Source of the DNA: an uncultured virus (IMG/VR IMGVR_UViG_3300025771_000019)
Taxonomy: Duplodnaviria; Heunggongvirae; Uroviricota; Caudoviricetes
Reading direction: 5' to 3' (one strand)
DNA: 20,000 bases
IMG/VR virus record: IMGVR_UViG_3300025771_000019
Shown here: positions 1-8,053 of the stretch, piece by piece
Position numbering within the stretch: the first letter of the stretch is position 1
How the letters are laid out: each line of letters begins with the position of its first letter
Translations under genes and position numbers: made by a program
The notes under the pieces: generated by a model
The model's input: the letters and a program-made list of their open reading frames with translations, nothing else
Told to the model about the DNA's origin: nothing
The model's database searches: none

Positions 1-6
1 CTGCTT

Positions 7-873
7 TTAACTATTTATCTCCAATCTGTACTGATCTTCACACATTTGGTAGATATCTTTCGTGAGTACACAATATTCTGATAATTCATCAACTACTGAA
101 GCAGTAGCATCACCTTCTCTACGATCTTCGAAAACTCGTTTCATTTCTTTGCCGGTAACTTTATCCATAGCATCTAAGACTTCAAGAACACTGAATCCTG
201 TATTACTACCAAGGCATTCATACGGAGTATTACGAGGACCTTCTTCTACAGCCTTTACTATAGCAGCACTAAGATCACAGACGTGTATATAATCGCGAAT
301 GCAAGTACCGTCCCTAGTATCATAATCGTTACCAAAGATGCTAATGTGGGGATATTTTTCAGCAGCCACCATAGCAGCAACACGAATAAGATGGGTTGGA
401 GCACCCAATTGCCGATTAACGCCATCAGTACCAGAGACATTAAAAAAGCGAAAAATAGTATAACCATTGGCTTTCTCCTTAATAATATCTTCAGCAGCCA
501 CCTTACTGCGAGCATAAGGCGAAGCCATCTCCCATGCTGATGATGTACTTGCAAAGATAAAGTTTGGAGTTTTTACTTTGTCAAGCATATTTGATGTGCC
601 CATAGCATTTACACGGTAATACTCCGTGGGCTCTTTAAGTGACTGAGGTACGACACTGCGACCGGCCAAATGAACTACAGCATCATATGTACCATGTACA
701 GCAAAGGGATCTGTGACATCTACGGGCTCAAACATATCCACATATTTTGATATATCATTGTGCTCGCCATGAATATTCGTATCCCAACCATCGACATAAT
801 GGCCATACTCTTTAAGCAGTTTACATACATGGCTGCCAATATAACCCGTGGCACCCGTTACCAGAACTTTCAT
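7..873 (-). CDS. galE: NAD-dependent epimerase, UDP-glucose 4-epimerase (GalE)-like
   Basis: N-terminal GATGYIG Rossmann motif, VVHLAG, catalytic YARSK (YxxxK), and GalE-typical FGNDYDTRDGTCIRDYIHV. Confidence 0.85.
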   Translation of the reverse strand: MKVLVTGATGYIGSHVCKLLKEYGHYVDGWDTNIHGEHNDISKYVDMFEPVDVTDPFAVHGTYDAVVHLAGRSVVPQSLKEPTEYYRVNAMGTSNMLDKVKTPNFIFASTSSAWEMASPYARSKVAAEDIIKEKANGYTIFRFFNVSGTDGVNRQLGAPTHLIRVAAMVAAEKYPHISIFGNDYDTRDGTCIRDYIHVCDLSAAIVKAVEEGPRNTPYECLGSNTGFSVLEVLDAMDKVTGKEMKRVFEDRREGDATASVVDELSEYCVLTKDIYQMCEDQYRLEINS

Positions 874-899
874 ACAATCCTCCTATACATAATAATACT

Positions 900-928
900 A
901 TTCTATAATGTATTTAGCCAAATGTCAA
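900..928 (-). promoter_or_regulatory. sigma70-type promoter for galE-like gene
   Basis: Minus strand TTGACA (928-923), 17-nt spacer, TAGAAT (905-900). Confidence 0.7.
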
Positions 929-929
929 C

Positions 930-937
930 TATAAATA
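930..937 (+). promoter_or_regulatory. T4-type late promoter (gp55 box)
   Basis: Exact TATAAATA 4 nt upstream of the ATG at 942; gp55 is encoded in this window. Confidence 0.6.
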
Positions 938-941
938 AAGC

Positions 942-1460
942 ATGAAACATTTACTATTACTTCCACTGATTATATATCTAACAGCATGCTCGAGTGATAC
1001 CGATTATGCTCTTTCTCGCAAATTGCCAGAATCAAAACAAACTCTAGCTCACAAGGCGTATTTCTGGTATGGCTTGTCAGAAGAAAAAGATCGCCAAACA
1101 ATCAAAGATATTACGGGAGTAGATCCAGTAACTACTGAGTGGTGTGCTGCTTTTGTGAATATGGTGTTACTTGAAAATGAACTACCAACATCAAGATCTG
1201 TGAGTGCTTTCCCACTTATGGCTAGATCATTTATAACTTACGGTCAAGAAGTTACAACTCCCGAAAAGGGAGATATTTTAGTCTTTGAAAGAGGCGAAGC
1301 CGGATGGCAAGGCCACGTTGGTTTTTATGTCAGTCAAACCAAAGATATGTCGACCGGTCAAATTTGGTATAACGTAATTGGCGGAAATCAAAATGATAGT
1401 GTTTCCATACAAAAATACCCAGCCGATAAATTAATCACAATACGTAGAGTTTCACTTTAA
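942..1460 (+). CDS. TIGR02594-like NlpC/P60/CHAP-type cell-wall peptidase with predicted lipoprotein signal
   Basis: WCAAFVN (catalytic Cys), GHVGFY (catalytic His), GGNQNDSV; N-terminal MKHLLLLPLIIYLTA-C lipobox-like sequence. Confidence 0.75.
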   Translation: MKHLLLLPLIIYLTACSSDTDYALSRKLPESKQTLAHKAYFWYGLSEEKDRQTIKDITGVDPVTTEWCAAFVNMVLLENELPTSRSVSAFPLMARSFITYGQEVTTPEKGDILVFERGEAGWQGHVGFYVSQTKDMSTGQIWYNVIGGNQNDSVSIQKYPADKLITIRRVSL

Positions 1461-1673
1461 AGTTCTAGGATCAAATTCTAGTGGTATACATACCGCTTGA
1501 GTGTTTGGCGGGTAATAACCAGATGGCATTTCAAAAAGAGCTGAAGATAAACTTTCTCTTGCTTTAAAACAATCTACGTTCGTTGTAAAAAAGCCCATAT
1601 TTTGTGCGTTAACGTGTAAGGCTTCTTTAGTTGGTAATAACATGACAAGTACTAGTACGTATATAGTATTCAT
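1452..1673 (-). CDS. small hypothetical protein with hydrophobic N-terminus
   Basis: 73-aa ORF directly downstream of the tRNA cluster, AAAAGG upstream, hydrophobic N-terminus, two Cys. Confidence 0.5.
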   Translation of the reverse strand: MNTIYVLVLVMLLPTKEALHVNAQNMGFFTTNVDCFKARESLSSALFEMPSGYYPPNTQAVCIPLEFDPRTLK

Positions 1674-1698
1674 AGCACTGCCTTTTCGGTTGTTAAAT

Positions 1699-1781
1699 TG
1701 GTGCCCGTGGCCGGACTCGAACCGGCAAGCCTAAGCGACACATTTTAAGTGTGTTGAGTTTACCAATTTCTCCACGCGGGC
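1699..1781 (-). tRNA. tRNA-Leu(UAA)
   Basis: Reverse complement GCCCGCG...ACACA-CTTAAAA-TGTGT, long variable arm, GGTTCGAGTCC T-arm, ends CACGGGCACCA with encoded CCA. Confidence 0.93.
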
Positions 1782-1786
1782 TTTTC

Positions 1787-1862
1787 TGGTGCCCCCACAC
1801 GGACTCGAACCGCGGACCTACTGATTACAAATCAGTTGCTCTACCAGCTGAGCTATAGGGGC
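1787..1862 (-). tRNA. tRNA-Thr(UGU)
   Basis: Reverse complement GCCCCTATAGCTCAGCTGGTAGAGCA-ACTGA-TTTGTAA-TCAGT...GGTTCGAGTCC...GGGGGCACCA; 76 nt with CCA. Confidence 0.95.
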
Positions 1863-1875
1863 ATTACTTATTTAT

Positions 1876-1953
1876 TGGCCTGCGCTGAGGGACTCGAACC
1901 CCCGACCTAGTGCTTAGAAGGCACTTGCTCTAATCCAGCTGAGCTAAGCGCAG
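1876..1953 (-). tRNA. tRNA-Arg(UCU)
   Basis: Reverse complement CTGCGCTTAGCTCAGCTGGATTAGAGCA-AGTGC-CTTCTAA-GCACT...GGTTCGAGTCC...AGCGCAGGCCA. Confidence 0.95.
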
Positions 1954-1958
1954 ATTCT

Positions 1959-2066
1959 TTAAGCGTTATCAATAAAACGCTGGAAAATTTTCTCTGGTAT
2001 CATACAAAGCTGTATATAAACAGCCCAGAAACCAATATTCCAAATGATGATTTCAGGCCAGTTCAT
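1959..2066 (-). CDS. putative 35-aa membrane microprotein (MNWPEIIIWNIGFWAVYIQLCMIPEKIFQRFIDNA)
   Basis: Hand-translated; ATGA overlap with the stop of the upstream glycine-zipper gene; fills the gap to tRNA-Arg. Confidence 0.5.
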   Translation of the reverse strand: MNWPEIIIWNIGFWAVYIQLCMIPEKIFQRFIDNA

Positions 2067-2515
2067 TTACGAAACTCCACTTGATACCACTTGCCATCAT
2101 GTTTAAATTTGATGATGCTGTGAGAATAAACTGATTTATTTTGATTTTCATACAGTGTTTTAGTCTCACATTTCTCTTGAAGGCGGTAGCCAACAATTTT
2201 GTCACTACCTTTTTGTGCCTTATCAGCTCCAATAATACCACCAATTACTGCACCTGCTGCAGCACCTTGGTCATTACCAGAAGCGCCTTTACCAAGTAGA
2301 CCACCAATAATCATACCCATCAAAGCACCGCCCGCGGCATCACCTTGTTCATTAGAGTATACGGGTACTTCTACCTCATAACACTCAGTATGCTGAAAAG
2401 GAACTCGCTGAGTTACGTAACGATATTCGTCAGTGATAGTAGCTTGCACTTTATCAGCATAAGCTGGCGCTGCTACCAATAGAGCTAGAGCACTAACTCC
2501 AATCTTTGATATCAT
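2063..2515 (-). CDS. glycine-zipper 2TM domain envelope protein
   Basis: GGALMGMIIGGLLG...GAAAGAVIGGIIGA glycine zipper; signal peptide ending APAYA-D. Start chosen at MISKIGV (2515); the ORF track extends to 2578. Confidence 0.75.
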   Translation of the reverse strand: MISKIGVSALALLVAAPAYADKVQATITDEYRYVTQRVPFQHTECYEVEVPVYSNEQGDAAGGALMGMIIGGLLGKGASGNDQGAAAGAVIGGIIGADKAQKGSDKIVGYRLQEKCETKTLYENQNKSVYSHSIIKFKHDGKWYQVEFRK

Positions 2516-2630
2516 AGACATCTTTATAAACCTTTTCTGTGTCATTGTGGCCGTGGCGATATCCCACAACATATCCAATTACTCCACCAAGGATTGTACA
2601 AATTAAAGCCATTTCTGTTACAATACTCAT
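2493..2630 (-). CDS. putative 45-aa single-TM protein (MSIVTEMALICTILGGVIGYVVGYRHG...)
   Basis: Hand-translated; GGGTGAG SD-like sequence upstream; one hydrophobic segment. Confidence 0.5.
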   Translation of the reverse strand: MSIVTEMALICTILGGVIGYVVGYRHGHNDTEKVYKDVYDIKDWS

Positions 2631-2635
2631 GATGC

Positions 2636-2746
2636 TCACCCTTGTTGAATAAAGTTTGGTTGAATGCTACTACAACCATTGCAGTATTCAAATGGATCTG
2701 AGTATCCAAAAACAGCTAGCATGCCGTCGTATTCTTGTTCTATCAT
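2636..2746 (-). CDS. putative 36-aa protein with CxxC (MIEQEYDGMLAVFGYSDPFEYCNGCSSIQPNFIQQG)
   Basis: Hand-translated; AAGGA SD and a TTGACA promoter directly upstream. Confidence 0.45.
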   Translation of the reverse strand: MIEQEYDGMLAVFGYSDPFEYCNGCSSIQPNFIQQG

Positions 2747-2772
2747 GTTTGATTCCTTCTTATTATTATATT

Positions 2773-2800
2773 AATATAGTACTTTCTTGGAGAATGTCAA
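2773..2800 (-). promoter_or_regulatory. sigma70-type (early) promoter
   Basis: TTGACA (2800-2795), 16-nt spacer, TATATT; the context closely resembles the promoter at 17779. Confidence 0.6.
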
Positions 2801-3177
2801 CCCTTTCTTTGAAATTTTTTCACAAATTCTAAAAGAATTTTCTCCGATCGTTCTCTGGCTTCTTGTTCCCACCAACAAGTGTCATAGTTGTAACCCTTGT
2901 CAAGAAGCTCTCCAAGATTATCATACATGAACTGCTTCACATGAACCATTTCGTGGGCTATACTAGTATATATCTGGCTTATGTTCTTGTTCTTCTTAGA
3001 AATCAAAATTAAATAGTTATCTTCATCAATATCAATACACAGGCCAGACTTATCGTTTACGATCTTATCTTCTGCAACAATCTCAATACTCTTTGGCCAA
3101 GCTGGCAAATTCTCGCAGCAAAAACGAGTAAAGTGAGTTGTGAGTTTTGGATCTAATCCTTTTACCTTAACTTTCAT
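2797..3177 (-). CDS. putative zinc metallopeptidase-like protein (HExxH)
   Basis: IAHEMVHVKQ motif plus a downstream WEQEA glutamate. Confidence 0.6.
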   Translation of the reverse strand: MKVKVKGLDPKLTTHFTRFCCENLPAWPKSIEIVAEDKIVNDKSGLCIDIDEDNYLILISKKNKNISQIYTSIAHEMVHVKQFMYDNLGELLDKGYNYDTCWWEQEARERSEKILLEFVKKFQRKG

Positions 3178-3418
3178 CTCTGTACAACGTAGTTCTGCTA
3201 TTGATTGCTTGATGAATGATTTTCCACTTTACCCATGCTTCCATGCAATGTTCTATTTCTTTATAGAAGATAGCATTGAGCAACCAAACTAAATGCCATT
3301 TACCATTTCTTTTCCTTTCCCACTGAGCTGCAGAAAAAGATTGATTTAACCTGCCACCAATTATAACATTAAAAAGAATAGAAGTGGCAATAATTATTCT
3401 TTTAAAGTACATTTTCAT
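3167..3418 (-). CDS. hypothetical protein
   Basis: 83-aa ORF abutting the gp52 stop and overlapping the next gene, consistent with operon packing. Confidence 0.6.
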   Translation of the reverse strand: MKMYFKRIIIATSILFNVIIGGRLNQSFSAAQWERKRNGKWHLVWLLNAIFYKEIEHCMEAWVKWKIIHQAINSRTTLYRDES

Positions 3419-4759
3419 TTAATCTAATCCCTGTAGATCACTCTCATATTGTTTTGCGGGGGTTGTTTTATTCCAGAAATTTAATTCTGCTTGAGTTGAT
3501 TTAATTTCTTTGGCTAGTTCCTTTACCATTTCATCTGTCAAGCTCATGATATTGATACGTAGCAATCTATCAACGTCAGATTCAATAGCATGTGTATTTT
3601 GTAGTATCTGATCGCCAACATCTTTCTTCTTACGGTTTTTAAACACGATGCGATCGTCAAGTACTGCTTGAATAAATTGCATCTTCACATTAAGCCAACG
3701 AAGATCTTCTTGAGCTTCTTCTCTACGCTTCTCAATTCGTTGTTGTAGTATACCAAGACGATAGTCGACAAAGTCTTTGATTAAAAGACGCTCATCATCA
3801 TACTCACGAAGCTTTCCGTCCGGACCAATTACTGTAAGGTTTTCACTTAATGGCTTACTCAGCTTGAATTTAGAAATAATCTTAGCATCATTCCAGTTTG
3901 CTGAAGTGTTTTGCTTTAATTTGATTTCAAAAGAGAAACCAGTCTTATCACAAAGATCTTCATATGATACGATGTCACCATCATCTTCAAGCTTATCAAG
4001 TACCTTAACATATGATTCACGATCAAAACCATATGGAACTTCAGTAATCATCATTACTGTTTTGGTTTTCTTATGATACTTACCATAAACAATGTGGCGA
4101 TCTTCAACAGGATCATAGTCGACTCGTCCTTTGAACTCAGGAAATGACACTGGAGCCTTGTTGGTTATATTACCATCCGACAAGTATTCACGAACGAGGC
4201 GAGAGAGGTCGTCTACTGATCGTGGAAGGATGTTTGTAGCAAAACCAGTGGCAATACCCTTAGTTCCATTAGCCAATACCAAAGGAAGTACTGGTAGATA
4301 GAATGCTGGTGGTTCGTGTTCCGGATCGGGGTGTGCGGGGGCCAGGTCAACATCGCGAATATACTTCTCAAAGTTTTCGCTTAAGCGCGTGTAAACATAA
4401 CGTGCTGCGCCTGCTTCTTGAACTAGTCGAGTACCAAAGGAACCACGACCCTCGACTAGGCAGACATTGTTATTCCACGTTGCAGCCATTAGTTGCCCGG
4501 CCCCCGCGGCAGACGTCTCTCCATGATTGTACCCATAGTCTGATATAATACCTGCAACAGCGGATACTTTCTTAAAGTCACGCTTTGAGTTGAGGATACT
4601 GCTATAAAGGTAGAACCTTTGGACAGGCTTTAACCCGTCAATCATATTAGGAATCGCTCGTGATTCCACGGTGTACATTGCAAATGATTTCCACTCGTTG
4701 GATGCAACCTTCGAGATTGGATATTCATTTTCTTCAACTGTAAATTCCATCAATGACAT
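3419..4759 (-). CDS. 52: DNA topoisomerase II medium subunit (T4 gp52-like, GyrA/ParC-type)
   Basis: RAIPNMIDGLKPVQR, YNHGETS, GRGSFG, catalytic AARY, LANGTKGIATGFATNI; 446 aa. Confidence 0.95.
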   Translation of the reverse strand: MSLMEFTVEENEYPISKVASNEWKSFAMYTVESRAIPNMIDGLKPVQRFYLYSSILNSKRDFKKVSAVAGIISDYGYNHGETSAAGAGQLMAATWNNNVCLVEGRGSFGTRLVQEAGAARYVYTRLSENFEKYIRDVDLAPAHPDPEHEPPAFYLPVLPLVLANGTKGIATGFATNILPRSVDDLSRLVREYLSDGNITNKAPVSFPEFKGRVDYDPVEDRHIVYGKYHKKTKTVMMITEVPYGFDRESYVKVLDKLEDDGDIVSYEDLCDKTGFSFEIKLKQNTSANWNDAKIISKFKLSKPLSENLTVIGPDGKLREYDDERLLIKDFVDYRLGILQQRIEKRREEAQEDLRWLNVKMQFIQAVLDDRIVFKNRKKKDVGDQILQNTHAIESDVDRLLRINIMSLTDEMVKELAKEIKSTQAELNFWNKTTPAKQYESDLQGLD

Positions 4760-4787
4760 GACGAACCCTTTTTCAATTTATAGTACC

Positions 4788-4816
4788 ATTCTATCACAGT
4801 TTTTGGTATATGTCAA
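4788..4816 (-). promoter_or_regulatory. sigma70-type promoter with extended -10 for gp52
   Basis: TTGACA (4816-4811), 17 nt, TGa-TAGAAT (4793-4788). Confidence 0.7.
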
Positions 4817-5022
4817 CCAAAATATTTTTCAAGCATGTCTAAAACGTCTTGATATTTAGCCATTTCAAGGATTTCTGTTTCCATCGCCTCAAACACATCA
4901 GGGTGCTCGCCAATTCCTGCTGGATTATTAAGATATACTTCGACGTTCATTCTATGTTTTTGAATATGTCCGTGGGCATGAGCCTTCATTGCTTCAATCA
5001 TTACTTCTTGTTCTAGTGCCAT
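4813..5022 (-). CDS. hypothetical phage protein
   Basis: 69-aa ORF with strong AAGGAG SD, located between the two topoisomerase genes. Confidence 0.75.
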   Translation of the reverse strand: MALEQEVMIEAMKAHAHGHIQKHRMNVEVYLNNPAGIGEHPDVFEAMETEILEMAKYQDVLDMLEKYFG

Positions 5023-5033
5023 TATTTTTCTCC

Positions 5034-6854
5034 TTATTGGAACATGTAGTCTTTACGTAATTGCGAATCTTTTCCAAACATCATTTGGAACATACCAGCA
5101 TCGTCAACCGTAACTGTGTCGTACACTGGTTTATTGATAATAGTATCATATTCTTCTTCCGTCAAACTTCCCAAACCTTTGATGTAGCGATGTTTCCACC
5201 CATCTTTGCTTGACTTAAATTCATTCGCCTCTTCATATGTATAAAACCACTTGATTTGAGATCCTTTTGTAGAAATCATAATAGGCGTTCTAGTGATCTT
5301 GACTTTCTTTTCAAGAAGAAGCCGTGGCCAAAACTTGTAAAAGAAGGCAATTAAAAGAGGACTAATGTGGCCGATACCATCATGGTCAGCATCAGTCAGT
5401 GTTGCAATATGTTCATATGTCATATCATCAACTGAGTTTGGATTTGTAATATCCAATCCAAGAACTGAGATCAATTCTGAGAGCTCTTTGTTCTTAAGAA
5501 CATCAGCAGGTTTCATATCCCACGTGTTCATAATAACACCACGAAGAGGATAAGCACCCACCTTATTTGGATCACGTACTTTGAGAAGGAAGCCCATCGC
5601 TGAGTCACCCTCCACAATTTTCAAAGTAGCATCATCCTTATTTGCTGCAATATGCTTAGCCACTTTAACCTTACGCAATTTCTTTTGAGCAAGAGTAGCA
5701 GCTCGTTTGTCTGCAGCGATTTTCTTTGCAAGCTGAGCCTCAATAATCGGATCAATAATAGATGGAGTATTCAGGATCTTACGAGCAAAGAAATCAGCCT
5801 CACGAATGCCAGACGCAATCGCATGTTCCTTTACATTACCCATTGGATTCGTCAGTCTTTCTTTTGTCTGCGAGTCAAATTTTGGGTTAGTAAAGTTCTT
5901 AGCGAACATGACAAACGTGAGACCGTTCTTAATTGTCGACTTGACAACTTCGATTTTATGCTTGCGCTTAATCATAGTTGTAAGTTCTTCAACAATACCA
6001 TTCACGATAAAGTCTACATATGTACCACCTTGTCGTGTATTCACACCATTTACAAATGAGTTGTTACGGAAACCATCTTCAGATGTAGTGATGAAGAATG
6101 AAAGATCTTCAGTTTTCTCGATGATTGCTTCTTCACCAAAAAGCTCAGCATACTTTTTCAGGTTGTTGACCTTGATGCGTCGCTTATTAAAAGAGAATGC
6201 AATTTCAGGGAATGCCATTTGAAGCGAAGACAAACGATCTTCAACTAAAGCAACTGTATCGAGTTCTTGTAAACTGTCGACTTCGAACAAATCGAAATCA
6301 GGAGTAAACCAAACTTCGGTTCCGTTTCCGTCTTTTGGAGTTTGCTTTTCACGAATATCCTCTGCACCATTCTTACATTCAACTGTAAGCATATTGCCGT
6401 TAGACCAAGTCTTACCGACAAACTTAGATGATAAGAAGTTAGTAGCAGCCGAGCCAACACCGTTGGTACCAATAGTTACTCGTTCATCGTCAAAACTTGT
6501 ACCCGCATTAACACGTGTCCAAGCTGCAGTCGCACGAGCAATCTTGTTGTCTGTTGTCTCATCATAAACAAGCTCTTGCGGAATACCACGGCCATTGTCC
6601 GTAATCGTCACCTTATTATTATCTATAGACACGTTGATTTTGTTCGCATACTCAAAGTTTGTGCGAATGGCTTCGTCTATAGAGTTGTCAAGAATCTCGT
6701 CAATCATTTTCGATAGCGCTGGAACATACCGTGAGGTTTTCCATTCACCCATCACAAAACGCTCGACCTGTTCTTGAGCACTAGAGCCCATATACATACC
6801 AATACGTTCTCTGACGTGTTGGCGAGCTGTTAAGATTTTGAACTGTTCAGTCAA
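5034..6854 (-). CDS. 39: DNA topoisomerase II large subunit (fused T4 gp39+gp60 equivalent, GyrB/ParE-type)
   Basis: GHKL motifs EILDNSIDE, DNGRGIP, GTNGVGS; TOPRIM motifs VEGDSA, PLRG, TDADHDG; C-terminal YIKGLGS; TTG start. Confidence 0.95.
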   Translation of the reverse strand: MTEQFKILTARQHVRERIGMYMGSSAQEQVERFVMGEWKTSRYVPALSKMIDEILDNSIDEAIRTNFEYANKINVSIDNNKVTITDNGRGIPQELVYDETTDNKIARATAAWTRVNAGTSFDDERVTIGTNGVGSAATNFLSSKFVGKTWSNGNMLTVECKNGAEDIREKQTPKDGNGTEVWFTPDFDLFEVDSLQELDTVALVEDRLSSLQMAFPEIAFSFNKRRIKVNNLKKYAELFGEEAIIEKTEDLSFFITTSEDGFRNNSFVNGVNTRQGGTYVDFIVNGIVEELTTMIKRKHKIEVVKSTIKNGLTFVMFAKNFTNPKFDSQTKERLTNPMGNVKEHAIASGIREADFFARKILNTPSIIDPIIEAQLAKKIAADKRAATLAQKKLRKVKVAKHIAANKDDATLKIVEGDSAMGFLLKVRDPNKVGAYPLRGVIMNTWDMKPADVLKNKELSELISVLGLDITNPNSVDDMTYEHIATLTDADHDGIGHISPLLIAFFYKFWPRLLLEKKVKITRTPIMISTKGSQIKWFYTYEEANEFKSSKDGWKHRYIKGLGSLTEEEYDTIINKPVYDTVTVDDAGMFQMMFGKDSQLRKDYMFQ

Positions 6855-6886
6855 GATTTTATCCCTTTTGGAAACATTATTAAGCT

Positions 6887-6915
6887 ATTCTATACTATTT
6901 CTTTTGTTATGTCAA
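6887..6915 (-). promoter_or_regulatory. sigma70-type promoter for the topoisomerase large subunit
   Basis: TTGACA (6915-6910), 17 nt, TAGAAT (6892-6887). Confidence 0.7.
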
Positions 6916-6918
6916 CCC

Positions 6919-6993
6919 TTAAATTTCTCCAATCCAATGGGTGCAGTCATCGCAAGGATCATCGAATTGATAACATCGATAGTCTTCGGCCAT
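6919..6993 (-). CDS. putative 24-aa Cys/Asp-rich micropeptide (MAEDYRCYQFDDPCDDCTHWIGEI)
   Basis: Hand-translated; AAAGGA SD 5 nt upstream; two promoter types upstream on the same strand. Confidence 0.4.
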   Translation of the reverse strand: MAEDYRCYQFDDPCDDCTHWIGEI

Positions 6994-7019
6994 GCAGTTC
7001 CTTTCGGTTGTTGGCTCAT

Positions 7020-7031
7020 TATTTATAAATA
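7020..7031. promoter_or_regulatory. palindromic bidirectional T4 late promoter TATTTATAAATA
   Basis: TATAAATA on + (7024-7031, toward gp3) and on - (7027-7020). Confidence 0.6.
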
Positions 7032-7057
7032 CTATCATAGAGTTTCAGAAATGTCAA
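7029..7057 (-). promoter_or_regulatory. sigma70-type promoter, leftward
   Basis: TTGACA (7057-7052), 17 nt, TGa-TAGTAT (7034-7029). Confidence 0.55.
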
Positions 7058-7070
7058 CAGGAAATTTCAT

Positions 7071-7553
7071 ATGATTACAAATTATCTGTCTCCAGTTGGC
7101 TTTGTGGTGTCAATTCAACGACTACCAAATGTAGAATTTTTCACACAAAGAGCCACGATTCCAGGAGTCAACATTACACCTGCACCTCAGGCTGCTCCCA
7201 TCCATCAGTTGTATGCTGTTGGTGATCGCCTTGAGTACCAAGAACTCGACATGAATTTTATCGTGGACGAGTCTATGAATAATTATAATGAGATCCTTGC
7301 ATGGATGGAAGGTATTGGTACTCCAGAAAAGTCGACACAGTTCAGAGATCTTGAGAAAGGTGACGGCACTACATCAGACATCCGCATCGTGATTTCAAAC
7401 TCTAACAAGAATCCAAACATTGAGTTTACTTTCTTCGATTGCTTTCCAACTAGCCTCAGCCCAGTCTCTTTAGATGTGACAGGAACTGACGTCATCTACC
7501 CTGAATGCTCAGTAACTTTCAGGTATACTCGTTTCGAATACAGAAAAATGTAG
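7071..7553 (+). CDS. 3: tail completion / sheath stabilizer protein (T4 gp3-like)
   Basis: NYLSPVGF...PNVEFF...IPG...GDRLEY...FIVDE...NYNEI..W pattern; conserved gp3-uvsY-uvsW-55 order; late promoter upstream. Confidence 0.8.
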   Translation: MITNYLSPVGFVVSIQRLPNVEFFTQRATIPGVNITPAPQAAPIHQLYAVGDRLEYQELDMNFIVDESMNNYNEILAWMEGIGTPEKSTQFRDLEKGDGTTSDIRIVISNSNKNPNIEFTFFDCFPTSLSPVSLDVTGTDVIYPECSVTFRYTRFEYRKM

Positions 7554-7582
7554 TTGACATTTCTATCAAAGTGTGATAGAAT
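7554..7582 (+). promoter_or_regulatory. sigma70-type promoter for uvsY-uvsW
   Basis: TTGACA (7554-7559), 17 nt, TGa-TAGAAT (7577-7582). Confidence 0.7.
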
Positions 7583-7612
7583 GTATTATAAAATGGTTTT
7601 GAAAGGTATGAA

Positions 7613-8050
7613 ATGAGTACTGATGATATAAGTGAGATTTGGGCAAAAGATGCAAACATCGACGAAACGAATCTCGTCGGTGAGTCTAAGAAAATCCCTT
7701 CATTACATAGCAAGTACTATAACATGTACTTCCGAGAAGCGCTTAAAGTGAAGAAGCTTCGTTATGATTACAAGCAACTTGAGCTTGCAAAGAGAGAGTG
7801 GTATGATGGATCTATGGCTGAAGAAGATCTTCGTGAACGCGGATGGAAACCATACCAGAAAAAAATCATTCGTCAGGATATAGATAAATATATCCAAGCA
7901 GACAAGGATATTGTAAATCTAAGTTTAAAGATCGACTATCATACAGCTCGAGCAGATTACTTAGAAGACATTGTGAAAACTATTCATAGTAGAAACTTCA
8001 TTATTAAATCAATGATTGATGTGTTGAAGTTTCAAGCAGGAGAGTACTAG
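7613..8050 (+). CDS. uvsY: recombination mediator UvsY
   Basis: IPSLHSKY, WYDG, YIQADKD and terminal RNFIIKSMIDVLKFQAG pattern; directly upstream of uvsW. Confidence 0.88.
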   Translation: MSTDDISEIWAKDANIDETNLVGESKKIPSLHSKYYNMYFREALKVKKLRYDYKQLELAKREWYDGSMAEEDLRERGWKPYQKKIIRQDIDKYIQADKDIVNLSLKIDYHTARADYLEDIVKTIHSRNFIIKSMIDVLKFQAGEY

Positions 8051-8053
8051 ATT

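Noticed and set aside
1787..1862. Reading this tRNA as Tyr(GUA)
   Set aside because: The 5-bp stem and 7-nt loop register (ACTGA-TTTGTAA-TCAGT) gives UGU, and the short variable arm fits Thr rather than bacterial Tyr.
3777..6777. Plus-strand ORFs antisense to the topoisomerase genes (e.g. 5652-6059, 5806-6222)
   Set aside because: Shadow frames of well-supported genes with no recognisable motifs.
5034..6854. T4 gene 60-style translational bypass or split topoisomerase
   Set aside because: The ORF is continuous from the ATPase domain through TOPRIM to YIKGLGS; the fused form is common in T4-like phages.
6838..7225. Plus-strand ORFs 6838-7074 and 6992-7225
   Set aside because: They run across promoter elements and overlap gp39 or gp3, with no clear SD or recognisable protein features.
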